A stretch of 64,000 nt of DNA from assembly GCF_020745735.1 (NCBI RefSeq), contig NC_083410.1, forward strand, positions 4,438,117-4,502,116. Direction: 5' to 3'. Position numbers and translations under genes: made by a program. This document shows positions 12,913 to 26,038 of this stretch, in pieces; the stretch's first letter is position 1; every line of letters starts with the position of its first letter. This stretch comes from Hemiscyllium ocellatum (taxonomy: Eukaryota). The notes beneath the pieces were generated by a model. The model searched no databases, was not told the DNA's origin, and saw only the letters and a list, made by a program, of their open reading frames with translations.

Positions 12913-15699
12913 AGTTGAAAAGTGTGGTGCTGGAAAAGCACAGCAGGCCAAATAGCATCTAAGGAGCAGGACAGACGACCTATTGAGCATGAGCTCTTCA
13001 TCAGGAATGAGGGTGTGGCCAAGGGGAGCTGAGAGATAAATGGGAGGGGTGGGGCTGGGAAGGCGATAGGTCAATGAAGGTGGGGAGTGACGGTGATAGG
13101 TCAGAGAGGAGGGTGGAGCGGATAGGTGAGAAAGAAGATGGACAGGTAGGACAGTCCAATAAGGAGGGGCCATGTTAGAGGGTTGGATCTAGGATAAGGC
13201 TGGGGGGTAGGGAAATGAAAAAATTGGTGAAATAGACATTGATGCCGTGTGGTTGCAGGGTCCCAGGTGGAAGATAAGGCATTCTTCCTCCAAGCATCAG
13301 GTGGCTCGGGTTTGGCAGTGGAGGAGGCCCAAGACTTGCATGTCCTTGGCAGAGTGGGAGGGGGAGTTGAAGTGTTCAGCCACAGGGTGTTTTTTTTTAA
13401 TGGTTGTGTCACAAAGATGTTCTCTGAAAGGATCGGCGAGTAGGCATTCTCTCTCCCCAATGCAGAGGAGACCACACCCAGAGCAACAGACACAGTAAAT
13501 GACATGTGTGGAAGTGCAGGTAAATCTCTAACAGATGTGGAAGGATCCTTTGGGGCCTTGGACAGTGGTGAGTAGGGAGGTGTGGGTGCAAGTTTTACAC
13601 TTCATGTGGTGGCAAGAGAAGGTTCTGGGAGTGGAGTGTGGAATGGTAGGGGCTGTGGACCTAACAAGGGGGTTGCGGAGGAAATGGTCTCTCTGAAAGG
13701 CAGACAGGGCTGGGGAGGGAACTATATCCCTGGTGGTGAGGTCTGTTTGTAGATGGCGGAAATGGTGGAGGATGATGCCTTGTATTCGGAGGTTGGTGGG
13801 GTTGAAGGTGAGGACTGGGAGTGGGTGGGGGTGGGGGGGGAGGTCTGTCCTTGCTGTGCTTGGAGTGGTGGGGTTCAAGGATGGAAGTGCAGGAGATACA
13901 CTGGAGCACATTGTCGACCACTGGGAGGGGAAATTGTGGTCCTTGAAAGAGGGCATTTGGGATGGTCTGTGTGGTGGAATTGGTCCTCCTGGGAGCAGAT
14001 GCAGCGAAGGCAGAGGAATTGGGAGTAAGAGGCAGCATTTTTACAGGAGGCAGACTGGGAGGAGGTGTAAGCCAGGTAGCTGTGCAAGTCAGTGGGTTTG
14101 AAGTAGATGTCCCCAGTGAGTCTGTTGCCAGAAATGGAAATGGAAATGGACAGGTCCAGGAAGGGGAGGGAGGTGTCTGAGATGATCCAGGTGAATTTGA
14201 GCTCAGGGTGGAAGGTATTTGTGAAATTGATGAACTATTCAACCTCCTTGCAGAAGCATGAGGTGGGCTGATACAGTCATCGATGTAGCAGAGGAAAAGG
14301 TGGGGAATGGTGCTGGTATTGCTGCATAAGATAGAGTGTTCCACGTACCCAACAAAGAGGCAGGCATAGCCGATGGCCATACGGGTTGCCATGGTTTGGA
14401 GGAAGTGGGAGGATGGGAAGGAGAAATTGAGTGACCACCAGTTCAGCCAATCAGATGAGTTTGTCAGTGGAAGCATACTGGTTGGGTTGGGTGGAAAGGA
14501 AATAACGGAGGGTCTTGGAGACCTTTGTCATGTCAGGTGGAGGTGTACCGGGACTGAATGTCCATGGTGGAGATAAGGTGTTGGGGTTCAGGGAAACTAC
14601 AGTCATGGAGGAGGTGGACGGTGTGGGTGGTGTCCTGAATGTATGTGGGGAGCACCTGAACAAAGAAGGACAGGATGGTATGCAGAGACAAGTTTGGTGG
14701 GGCAGGAGCAGCTGAGACAATGGGTAGGCTGGCGCAGTCGAGTTTGTGGATTTTGGGTGGGAGGTAGAATCGGGTGGTGTGGCATTCCCAGACAATGAGT
14801 TTGGAGCCTGTGGATGCTATATCCCTTGAAGTGGTGAGGTTGTGGATGGTCTATGAGATAATAGCTTGGTGGTGGGATGTGAGGTTGTGCTCAGGGAGCA
14901 GTAAGAGGAAGTGTATACGAATTGGCACCTGACTTCTGCGATATACAGGTCAGTGTGCCAAACTCCCACTGCATCCCCCACTTTGTCCGCTGGTTTGATG
15001 GTGAGGTTGTGGTTGGAACGGAGGAAGTGGAGGGCTGCACGTTGCAAGGGTGAGAGGTCATTTAATGTGTACGTTACTCTGGGTGTGATCTCCTTTACAC
15101 AGGGGAGACAGGATACCTACTTGTGGAATGCTTCAGAGAACATCTCTGAGACACATGCACTAAAAAGCCCCACTAGCCTATGGCTGAACACTTTAACTCT
15201 CCCTCCCACTCCACTAAGGACATGCAAGTCTTGGGCGTCCTCCACTGCCAAACTCTAGCCACCTGACACCTGGAGGAAGAACGCCACATCTTCTGCCTTG
15301 GAACCCTCTAACCACATGGGATCAATGTCAATTTCACTAGTTTCTTCATTTCCCCTCTCCCTACCTCACCCTAGTCCCAGCCTTCCAACTTGGCACTGTC
15401 CTCTTGACCTGTCCCAGCTGCCCATCTTCCTTCCCATCTATCCATTCCATCCTCCTTTCCAAACTATCACCACCTCCATCCAGCTATTGTATTCACAGCT
15501 ATCTTCCCCCAGCCCCACCCCCACCCCCACTTCCATTTATCTCTCAGCCTCCTTGGGTGACCCCCTCATTCCTGATGAAGAGCTTCTGCTCAAAACATCG
15601 AATCTCCTGCTCCTCGGATGCTGCCTGACCAGTTGTGCATTTCCAGCATCACATGTTTTGACTCTGATCTCCAGTTCTGCAATCCTCACTTTCTCCTCC
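12913..15699. mobile_element. Penelope-like element with inverted arms: RT + GIY-YIG on minus ~12913-15060, inverted 3' copy on plus ~15105-15699
   Basis: RT peptides ..ACLFVGYVE..YIDDCI.., a GIY-YIG region, and degenerate hammerhead cores at both outer ends. Flanked by the 11-bp direct repeat GTCATGACATG (12902-12912, 15700-15710). Confidence 0.8.
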
Positions 15700-18132
15700 G
15701 TCATGACATGTCATGTTACTCATTTCAAGGAGAGTTAGGGATGAGCAACAAATGCTGACCTTGCCAGGGATATCCACATCGCATGAAAATATAACAATTT
15801 TAGAAACCTTAACTTTCTGAGAGACTAAAAACCTGTATCTAGAATATGCTCAAGATCTGAGCACTTACAGATCCCTGGGGTCCAGAATTTTAAAGATTTA
15901 ATGTCAGTCAGGAAGTGTCTCCACATCTCTATCCAATATAATTAACCCCTTATTCAGAGAATATGTGCCCCTGACTTCATCCCACCCTGCAGCCAGGAGG
16001 GAAAGCAGCCTGTCAGTGTCTATTATGTGATGGAACAGCATTCTTCCATACTCCCAACATTACAGACACGTTCTACTCAATCTTATGTCAAAGGCCAACT
16101 CTCACTAATCCCTACTCCACCCCTACCCGACCCAACACCCCCACCCCTCACCCCAGCCCTTATTTCACCCTTTCTGGGTAAGCTTGGATATGGAGGCAAA
16201 CTATGTAGTCCTCCTTTGGGTATCTAATCTAGTCATATACTCCAGTTTGTTGAGAGCATTAAAATCACAAGAAATTAAGTTAAAATAATGAAGTTTTTAA
16301 TAATTGCAGGAGATGTGTAAATGCTTGCATTATGGATTCCTAAAATATACTATTTTACAATTTCAGAATAAAAGGTGTGAGTTTCGTGTTCAGCATTGAG
16401 AGAGGTGAGCGCGTAAAGATTGCAGATCGTGACCACTCACTCCCTCCATTGAGCTCATTCTTCAACACACCTCAAAAGGTTAAAAGCACCTCACAAACAC
16501 ATGAAAAGAGTGATTCCTGCTCTGTCCGAGCATTCATTCCATTTCACTCTTCACTAAAATCACCTTCATTATTTTTACTTTGATTTTACACAATTTTTTA
16601 GTTATCTGTCCTGCTTTAAACATTTCAAAAATAAAAATAAAATCCCTGCCATTCTAAAATGCCTTACATAAATCTCCAATTGGTTCAACCCCTGGTCCAA
16701 AGTATGTTTGTTTTGTTCGACGCCGTTACATGAGACACTGAAGTCAGTCTTCTCAAATCAGCTCATTGATTCCCTGCTAATGACAAAACCCAAGGCAGGC
16801 AAGGGTCTCAAATGACGAAGACGAGTCTATATGAACCTTCAGTGGGAAAGCATGTGAACGAAGTTCGGGAGTTCAGAATTCGGGTGTTCTTGGTCACCAG
16901 AACAGTTTAATTTTGTTGATTTTAACAAGGGAGAACCTCCTGCTAAGTTTGGGGAGGAATCTAAGTTAAATAAAATGGGGAGGTCTCTCTGGCTTCTGCT
17001 CAGCTCACATCCTGATGGACAATGCTGCAGGTGAGTGGGGTCATAGGGTGACCAGATTCTTAAGCTTTCAAAGGGACTGTCCCAGTTTCTCAAACTCTGC
17101 TGAGTTCCTGATAATTTCCCGAAAATAGTTCAAATAGCTCAGTTCTCATCTTTTCCCTAGCTGAGAATGTAATCTGGGTCTTAGGAGAGAGTCAGTCTGA
17201 TGTAATTGTTTTTCTCCCTGGAAGCCCCCATCACTTCACCTAGCACTGTAGACAGTGAATCCTATATCCTTGGAAGAGGCTTCACAGTAAGTTAGAACTT
17301 TTTCAAGGTCAACATCCTGTATCACCCCTGCCAATACTCAGCCTCTCTCCTCAGCCTTCACCTTACCCCTGCCAGAGAAAGTAGGAGCAGGAGGGGGCCA
17401 TTCAGCCCTTCGAGCCTACTCTGCCATTCAATATGAAGATGGCTAATCATCTGACTCACTATCCTGTTCTTGCTTTCTCTTCCCCCAAGCTCTTTAGCCC
17501 TAAGAAATATGTCTAACTCCTTCTTGAAAATAGTTAATGTTCTAGTTTCAACCACTTCCTATGGCAGAGAGTTCCACAGGCTTCCCAATCGCTGGGTGAA
17601 GACATTTCTTGTTATCTCAATCCTAAATTGCCTACTCCATATCCTTGGACTGTGAGCCCTCGTTCTGGACTCCAAAGGAGCTGTCTTTAGCACCGAAGGC
17701 CCTTTGTGGATGACCTTTTAGAAACAAAGGGTCGGAGAAGGTCACCAACCCCAGCTGGAGATAGTCCGGAAAGTGTCATCATGTGACTATTACCCCCGCC
17801 ACCCCCATTCCCCACCCACCCCAATTTCAATGCCCAACCTTGAGACTCCTCCCACTGGTCACCCAATGTGTTAATCTTCAGCGATGCCCATCTTTCCCAT
17901 GCCCATTAAACTCATCTTGGTTTCTCACTTAAAAATCTGGTCACCTTATGGACTCACTGCCCAGAGACTTCAATTTGTCAGGAAGCTGCACCCTGGAAAT
18001 TCAGGAATAGTTATCAAGCAGAAATATCAATAAGCGATTGTGATGACCCATTATCCCTGGTGCTGCTGATTTTGGAGTTAATGGTAGCAAACACTGCTCC
18101 TCATCACTTGCTGAAGAATTGATTTCTCTTCT

Positions 18133-18249
18133 CTATGTATGTTTAATGGTAGCGTACTCAGTTGACTCCTCAGTCATCACCATAACTTGTCCTCCGGTTT
18201 TCTTTCGGAAGAACTGGATATCAGCGTAATACATCTCCCCTTCCGCCAA
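18133..18249 (-). CDS. Terminal cytoplasmic exon with ITIM-like MYYADI and ITSM TEYATI motifs, 117 nt including stop
   Basis: Acceptor ttccattgtgtttcag|. Translates LAEGEMYYADIQFFRKKTGGQVMVMTEESTEYATIKHT*. The YAD(I/L)xF...TEYAxI tandem is the usual end of inhibitory IgSF tails. Confidence 0.88.
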   Translation of the reverse strand: MAEGEMYYADIQFFRKKTGGQVMVMTEESTEYATIKHT

Positions 18250-21200
18250 CTGAAACACAATGGAAGATACAGAATTTTTACTACAGCTAGTATCAAGCCC
18301 CTTCTGCACCCACTCTCCGCACATACTGCACCAGAGAACAAACTCTTCAACCGCTCATCAGGGACAAAGTCTGGATCCGATCATTGGATGTGAATGTCCC
18401 ATCAGGCTTTCAGCTAAAGATACAGGCCCTTTGAACAGCTCCAGAAGCTTCTCTTTGATGAACCTACAGCCCTTCCTCCTAGCAGAAACAGTGCCGGGGA
18501 AAGGGCAGTTCAAATAATCATTTTGCCGGTAAAGGAACCTGCATATTTAATAATTAAAGATCATTTTAACAAAATTTCCTGTTCAAATGCACTCATAAGG
18601 ACATTCCACAAAAATACAAATAATACCATCCAATATTAAAACTACAGGAGAGGAGCGTGCTGAACTCTAATTGTTAGAAGGGTTGTCATGAAGAGTATAT
18701 CCAATGCTTTTGATTGACAGTTAACTGCCAGGCTTTGTTAAATTTAAAACCAATCAGGTTGAAACTGATTGGTCAATGAACCAGCATGAATGTCACATAT
18801 CTTGCTAATTTGAATCAAATACAGAGTAAGGGCATCCTTTTGGCTTCAAAGAACAAGGTCCTGTGTATCGATACGGATAGCTTCCTGTAAAAGCAAGTAC
18901 AGCACACTACAGGCCCGGTGAACTGGGCTGTCAGTGAAATTCCTCACATATTCTGGATTACCCAGCAAATAGTGTCCAACATGAACATCAACATCTACCA
19001 CCAGACAAGATTCTGCAATGGGGAGGCTCAGGAGAGCTCTCAGCTGTCCTCCACAAGTGCATTGTAGGTGGCTTGCCCAGCTGGAGGGTAAACTGAGGGT
19101 GAGGGTAAACTGAAGATGAGGGTGACTGTGCAGGAGGTTCCATTCAGGGAGCTCAAGCAAGTAAGGAGTCAGCATTAGGATAGAGAGGCAATCACTGCAT
19201 GAAGAAGAAGAGGCGAAGAATTTCAGATTTTTCCATCATACTGGTCAATGTTTTTCCCATTTTCAGATCACATGACATAGGAGCAAAAGTAGACCATCCT
19301 GCCCATCAAGTCTGTTCTGCCATCCAATGAGATCATGGCTTATTTAATAGTTCTCAGTTCCACTTTCCTGCCTTTTCCCTCATAATCCTTGATTCCCTTC
19401 CTTAGTAAAAGTCACTTGTGTAGTTTAAACTTCGGTTTTCCAAACCATAGACAACACAAATCAAATCCGAGAGCCTGGCCTCATAAGCCATGAGAAAACA
19501 CACTCCAAGTGGTTTCAGAGTTTCTGATGTTTTATCGCCCGGGGAGCTAAGACATTGGCTGCAACCTGTGGCTGAGGCTGTCTGTACCTGCAGACTGATT
19601 ATAAACTATTTCACAGAAACAAAACCTTCTCCCTCAAAACCGAGCATGTTTGGTTCGGCACCCAGTGCTAGTTTGCTCCACACAAAGCTCACCACCACTT
19701 TCCCATGCGCAGTGTTGGCATTGGGTAATAAATGCTGAGCTAACCCATGAATCTCCATTCATGTGAAGGAATAAAGAAAAAACATTGATAAAGGGAACAT
19801 TTCAAACCCCTCCCAATAGAGTGCCCAATAAGGTGGAACCAAACAACAGAAGAAGAGAGCAGGGATGGAGGAGGAAGCAACTTTGACAAACCTTAGACAG
19901 AGTTACCTCAGAGTTAAGGGAGAATTCAGAGGCCTTGCTCTGCTATATAAGGGTATGATTCTGAAAGAGTTAATATTGCAATGGCACTAAGCTCCACCCA
20001 ATCTCATTTGTCACACATTCTTGGATAGAAAATATTAGTCTTGAATGAAATCCCAGTTGGGCCACACTTCGTTCCAGACTACTTGAAGATGGTCAGTGTA
20101 ACTTGTACCAATTGCTACTAACTTGTACCAAATTTCCTTGTTGAAGACAAGGCCCTCTTCAAGTTTAGAACCTGTAGCACTTATGATTAGACAAGCCTTT
20201 AAACACAGCATAGCAAACAAGATTATGAAGAGAGGTTGGATTGATTAGGACAATATTGCTGGAGTTTCATAGAATGAGAGGTTTGTCATAGAAACTTTTA
20301 ATATTTTGATTGGACAAGATGCAGAAAGGATATTCCCAATAACCTGGGAGTCCAAATCAAGAATCACAGTCAAAGAAGACCATTCAGAACTGAGGTGAGG
20401 AGAAATGTCTTCACCCACAGAGTTGGGAGCCTGTGGAGTTCTCTAACACAGAATGTGGTTGAAGCCAAAACATTACATATTTTGAAGGAGCTAAACATAG
20501 GTCTAAAGGGATCAAATGGTACGGAGGGATGGGAAAACGAGAGAACACGCGATTGAGTTGGATGTTCAGTCATGATAATCTTGAATGGCACAGCAGGCTC
20601 AAAGGGCTGAATGGCCTACTCTGGCTCCGAATTTCTATGCGTGTATGATTGAAGACAGTGATCTAGCTCAACCATCGAAATTCAAAATATTACAGATCCT
20701 TGATCAGGATGGGAGCATTTTATCATTCCATTCAGAATGACTTCCTGATGATTTGAAGCAACCATCTTTCCAGCGAGGTTTTTGTGGCTCAGCAGATCAC
20801 TGAGTAACCCTTACAGGGTCTGGCTGGTAGGACCTGGGGTACTCCAACCAGCTCCACAGGAGTGAGGAGGAGGCTCAGGTTTAAATGGAGTTGGTGGGTC
20901 ACAATCAAGTCAGGGGTAGCACCTGACACTAGAAAGGTTACATGACCAGAAATTACAGCCAGTCACAATACACCTTACCAACTTGTTCTCTCTCTCTCAA
21001 GGTTTATCCATAATCAGGAGCCATGAGATTACAACTGGAGTTAGAGGTTGCTCAGGGATAATGTCAGCAAACAATTCCACAGAGGTTAGTAGAATGGGAA
21101 TCTGGAATTCTTCATCTACAAAAAGTAAAGCAGGAAGTCCATGGCACATTTGAAAATGGACACTGATCTTCGTTTTGTGTTAGACAAGATCAAGGCGGCT

Positions 21201-22039
21201 AAATACAATTCTCATACAGGTCAGCCATGATCTCTTTGAATGGGTCAACAATCCAAAGGCTTGAATTCGACATGATCATGGCTGATCATCCAACTCTGTC
21301 CCCTGTTCCTGCTTCCTCCCCATAGCCTTTGATCACTTCAGCCTGAAGAACGAGATCTATCTCCTTCTGGATAATATTCAATGTTGTGGCCTTAACCACT
21401 TTTCATTATCCTATGTTACCCTATTCCGAATAATTAATGCACAAGATACTTGTTAAACTTCAGTTGGAATATTGCGTACAGTTGTGGGTGTCACATTAAA
21501 GGAAAGATGTGAATGCAATGGAGAGAGAGAGAGCATACAGAAGTGATTTACAAGAACAGATTCAGGCTTGAGAAACTTCAGCAATGAGGACAGTTTGAAG
21601 AAGTTGAGACAATTTGGAAATCTGGTAGAGGATTTCAAAATCATGAACGGGTTGGACAGAGCAGATAAAGAGAAGCTGTTTCTGCTCATAAAAGAATCAC
21701 GAATGTGAGTGCATAGATTGAAAGTGATTTGGAAATAAAGCAAGGGTCATGAGAGAAAAAAACTTTTTCACAGGGTGTTGAATGCACTGCCTGGAAATGT
21801 GGTGGATGCAGGTTCATTTGAGGCACTTGAGGCATTGGATGATTATTTGAGATAATGTGAAAGGGTATGGTTAGAAAGCTGATCAGCACTTGGTAATGAC
21901 GCATGTTTGAAGAGCTGGAGCAAGTTCAATGGGCCAAATGCCCCCTTTCTGCACCGTAACAATTCTGTAATCCTGTGATATGTGCTTCGATCCAAGCTGT
22001 CACAGGTTAAATAGTAACTCAGTGCGATTACTGGAATAC

Positions 22040-22056
22040 CTGCACACACTGTTTTC
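22040..22056 (-). CDS. 17-nt cytoplasmic micro-exon, phase 1/0
   Basis: ccacttttacag|GAAAACAGTGTGTGCAG|gtattc, encoding (G)KQCVQ. It supplies exactly the phase 1->0 shift needed between the TVYATV exon and the terminal exon. The donor is weak. Confidence 0.55.
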
Positions 22057-22329
22057 CTGTAAAAGTGGTTCCTTCACAACATCACAGCTAACATCGAAAA
22101 GAATGAAGGCAAACCAAACAGGGTTACAGAGAGGGAACTGTAATGGATAATAACAGGATGATAACTATTTATGTTCAATACTTACTGGAGTAGGGGCCTG
22201 TTCATTTTTCTGAACTTTTTCTGAAATGAAATAAGAATTTCCAAGTTTATTTTCACTGTCATTTCTGATAATAACAGAAAACCAAAAATATTGAGTTATA
22301 CTGAATGGCTGATGACTAGCTATATATTC

Positions 22330-22886
22330 AGATGGTCCATACTAAGAGACTGCAGCGCTGTCAGAGGGACAGTGCTGAGGGACTGCTGCACTGTCAGAAG
22401 GTCAGCACTGAGGGAGTGCTCCATTATCGGAGGGTCAACACTGAGCGAGTGCTGCACTGTCAGAGGGACAGTGCTGAGGGACTACCGCACTGTCAGAAGA
22501 TCAGTACTGAGGGAGTGTTGCACTGTCAGAGGGTCAGTACTGAAGGACTGCTGCACTATCAGAGGGTCAGTACTGAGGCAGTGCTGCCTGTCAGAAGGTC
22601 AGCACTGAGGGAGTGCTTCATTGTCGGAGGGTCAACACTGAGCGAGTGCTGCACTGTCAGAGGGTCAGTGCTGAGGAAGTGCCGCACGGGGTGCGGGGGG
22701 GGGTGCACATTGTTGGAGAGTCAGTACTGAGGGAGTGCCACACTGACAGAGGGTCAGTACTGAGGAAGCATTGCTCTGTCAAAAGGTCAGTACTGAGGGA
22801 GTGCTGCACTGTAGGAGGTTCAGTGCTGAGGGAGTGCTGCACTGTCAGAGAGTCAGTGCTAAGGGAGTGCTGCACTGTTGGGAGAG
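22330..22886. repeat. 33-bp minisatellite (~16 units; consensus near GTCAGTACTGAGGGAGTGCTGCACTGTCAGAGG)
   Basis: Directly visible tandem units in the intron between the 17-nt micro-exon and the TVYATV exon. Confidence 0.92.
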
Positions 22887-23212
22887 CCACTTGAAAAGGA
22901 ATGGTCTTCCCCTTCCTTCTGTGCTCCAGTTTTGCTTGGCCCTTCATCCTTGGCCCTAACAAATGATTAGCTGCATGTGCTGAAGCAGACTTGTTTCACT
23001 GATGACTTCCATCCCAGTCTTAGGATTAGGCATATTCCTGTGGCCTGATAGAGTGAGCGTACCTCTACGGCTGTCTGTCTGATATCTTCAAGATGAGTGC
23101 TTGAAAATAACTTTAGGCAGAAAAACCATCTGACTGATATTTCATAATTAATATTAAGCAATCAATATCACCTGGAATGATCATTACTGTGGATTTGAAT
23201 TTGTTTTCTTAC

Positions 23213-23256
23213 CACTGACTGTTGCATAGACCGTATTAAGCTCTTCTTCAGAGGTC
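23213..23256 (-). CDS. Cytoplasmic exon with ITSM-type motif TVYATV, 44 nt, phase 2/1
   Basis: Acceptor ttctgcacccatatcaaacag| and donor |gtaaga. Translates TSEEELNTVYATVS(G); its start phase matches the TM exon donor. Confidence 0.8.
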
Positions 23257-23814
23257 CTGTTTGATATGGGTGCAGAAATATAAAGTCAATGATTTAATAG
23301 CGGGACTGCAGAAGTCGAAAAGAATGTTAAAGTGATGGAGAATGTCCGTTATTCTATCAAATAAACCTTGCACATGTTGGAAAGTGCCAACTGGTGCCTA
23401 CTTCTCCCATCATGATAGGTTTAGGTTTCACAAACCAAAGCTGTTCCCATTGGCTGATGGAACAAGGACTGGCAGGTGCATATTGAAGGATTTGGATGAG
23501 AAAAGCAGAGCGGATCTGAGGAAGATCTTTGTAACCAGGGGTGGGAATGACCGGAACACTGGTGCCTGTGAGGAGAGTGGAAGGGGAGAGAATGAATGAT
23601 TTCAAAAAGAGATTAGAAGGGCACTTGTGGGAAATGATCTTTCACAGTTATAGGACAGAGCAGGGAGTTACATTGATGAGATTGAGCCATATTGAGCTAG
23701 TATGGATGTGATGGAAAGAATAGCCTACTTCTTTGCTGTAAATGACTTGAGAATGAAAGAATGTATTTGAGTGTGACCAACAAATTTCTTCAGATACACC
23801 AAAACTCAATGTTA

Positions 23815-25520
23815 GCAGCTGAGAGACTAAGCTAGAGAGGTTTGTAAAGAAGAGGTGTTAGCAGTTCTGGAGAGTATGAAAATAGATAATTCCCCTGCGC
23901 CAGTTGGGATATATACTAGGATTCTCTGAGAAGCTAAGGAGCAGATTGCAGAATGTTTAGCTTTGATCTTTGTGTCATCATTGTCTACAGAAATATTGCC
24001 AGAAGACTGGAGGATAGCAAATATCCCCTTGTTCAAGAAGGGGAGTAGAGACAACCCTGGTAATTATAGACCAGCAGACCTTACTTCAGTTGTGGGTAAA
24101 GTGTTGGAAAGAATTGGAAAAGCTAGGATTTATAATCATCTAAAAAGGAATAAATTGATTAGGGATAGTCAACACAGTTTTGTGAAGGGTAGGTTGTGCC
24201 TCACAAATCTTATTGATGTCTTAGAGAAAATGACCTAATATATGGATGAAGGTAAAGTGGTTGATGTGGTGTACATGGATTTCAGTGAAGTGTTTGATAA
24301 GGTTCCACATGGTAGACTATTGCAGAAATTTTGGAGACATGGGATTCAGGGTGATTTAGTGATTTGGATCAGAAATTAGCTAGCTGAAAGAAGACAGAGG
24401 GTGGTGGTTGATGGGAAATATTCATCCTGGAGTTCAGTTAGTAGTGGGATACCGCAAGGATCTGTTTTGGGGCCACTGCTGTTTGTCATTTTTATAAATG
24501 ACCTGGATGAGGGTGGACAAGGATGGGTTAGTAAATTTGTGGATGAACTGAGGTCAGAGGAGTTGTGAATAGTGCCGAAGGATGTTGTAGGTTACAGAGG
24601 GACATAGATAAGCTGCAGAGCTGGGCTAAGAGGTCGCAAATGGAGTTTAATGTGGAAAAATGTGAGGTGATTTACTTTGGAAGTAGCAACAGGAATACAG
24701 AGTACGAGGCTAATGGTAAGATTCTTGGTAGTGTAGATGAGCAGAGATATCTCAGTGTCCATGTACATAGATCCCTGAAAGTTGCTAGGGTTGCTAGGGT
24801 TGTTAAGCAGGCCTATGGTGTGTTAGTTCTTATTGGTAGTTACGTGTTTCAGAGTCACGAGGTCATGCTGCAGGTGTACAGACCTGTGGTGTGGCCTCAT
24901 TTGGAATATTGCGTACAGTTCTGGTCCCCACTTTATAGGAAGGATGTGGAAGCTTTGGAAAGAGTTCAGAGGAGATTTACTTAGGTGTTGCCTGATATGG
25001 AGGGATGAAATTATGAGGAAAGGCTGAGGGATGGAGGCTGTGTTCATTAGAGGGAAGAAGGCTGCGATGTGAATTAATAGAGACAGATAAGATAATCAGA
25101 GGGTAGATAGGGTGGACAGTGAGAGCCTTTTTCCTCAGATGGTGATGGCTAGCGTGAGGGGACATAGCTATAAATTGAGAGGTGATAGATATAGAACAGA
25201 TAGAACTGTGTAGGTTAGATGGGTATCAGATTAGTTTCACAGGTTGGCACAACATCGAGGGCCAAAGGGCCTGTATTGCATTCTATGTTCTATGTCAAAG
25301 GTAGTTTCTTTACTCAGAGAGTAGTCCGGGCATGGAACGCACTGCCTGCAACAGTAGAAGACTGGCCAACTTTAAGAGCATTTAAATGGTCATTGGATAA
25401 ACATATGGATGAAAATAGAATAGTGTAGGATAGATGGGCTTCAGATTGGTTTCACAGATTGGCACAGCAAGAGCTGAAGGGACGGTATTGCACTATACTG
25501 TTCCATGTTCTATGTTCTAA
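23815..25520 (+). mobile_element. 5'-truncated CR1 LINE with duplicated 3' end
   Basis: PGNYRPADLTSVVGKVLE, YCVQFWSP..RKDVEALERVQRRFT and a (CTATGTT) tail. The terminal ~100 bp occurs twice (~25205-25295 and ~25425-25520). Confidence 0.9.
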
Positions 25521-26029
25521 CAGCCCAAGAATTTCTGAAAGTTGAGTCAATGCCGGGATCAGTGTTGTTCAAGGGTGTCTTGTGGATGTGGTCAGGAATA
25601 TAGATGGACTGCTTCATTCTGCAGTGACCTTTCTCCTGGTTGTTGCGATATTGTTATGGAGGAGCTCCTAGAAAGCACCATTTGTGCCGAAGGAGTCATC
25701 ATCCCAGACTGCCTTCACTTTCAGATAGCATCAGCACAATGGGCTGAATTAAAATTTCAGAAACAGCAGCGAATTGCTGGGCACTGTTCTGAATGTTGAT
25801 CAGAACAGGAGCTCCTGATGGACCAGTGTACAATGTCTAGGGTCCATTAACACTATCAGCAACTTTGGCTACATCATGATGGAGAAATAGTTTGGTGCAG
25901 TCTATCAAAAATTATAAATCAGAACTTATGTACAAACATAACAATCACCAGTCACAACTCCCAAAACCAAACATCAGGAATTAACAACACATCTCCTTAA
26001 GAGTGGCTCCAGCTGAAATCACAGCTCAC

Positions 26030-26038
26030 CTCCTGTGA
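26030..26038 (-). CDS. Possible optional 9-nt cytoplasmic micro-exon, phase 2/2
   Basis: ttattctcagctcag|TCACAGGAG|gtgagc. It preserves the frame and changes the junction from ...EG-TS... to ...EGHRR-TS... (three extra residues). The model does not need it. Confidence 0.3.

Noticed and set aside
16974-17036. Plus-strand ATG...MGRSLWLLLSSHPDGQCC followed by a strong donor CAG|GTGAGT
   Set aside because: It looks superficially like a leader exon, but the hydrophobic core is short, the phase is 2, and I found no plus-strand downstream exon.
18640-18880. Palindromic ACCAATCAG..CTGATTGGT element near the receptor exons, with similar sequence at ~36400-36590 and ~63190-63420
   Set aside because: It is tempting as a CCAAT-type regulatory module, but it is more likely a dispersed MITE-like repeat; I could not define its ends or show enrichment.
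22291-22962. Several overlapping ORFs with repeated CCTVRGSVLRE / LHCQRVSTEG peptides
   Set aside because: They come from the 33-bp (11-codon) minisatellite, which stays open in several frames. There is no splice or homology support, and it is not a CRISPR array because there are no unique spacers.
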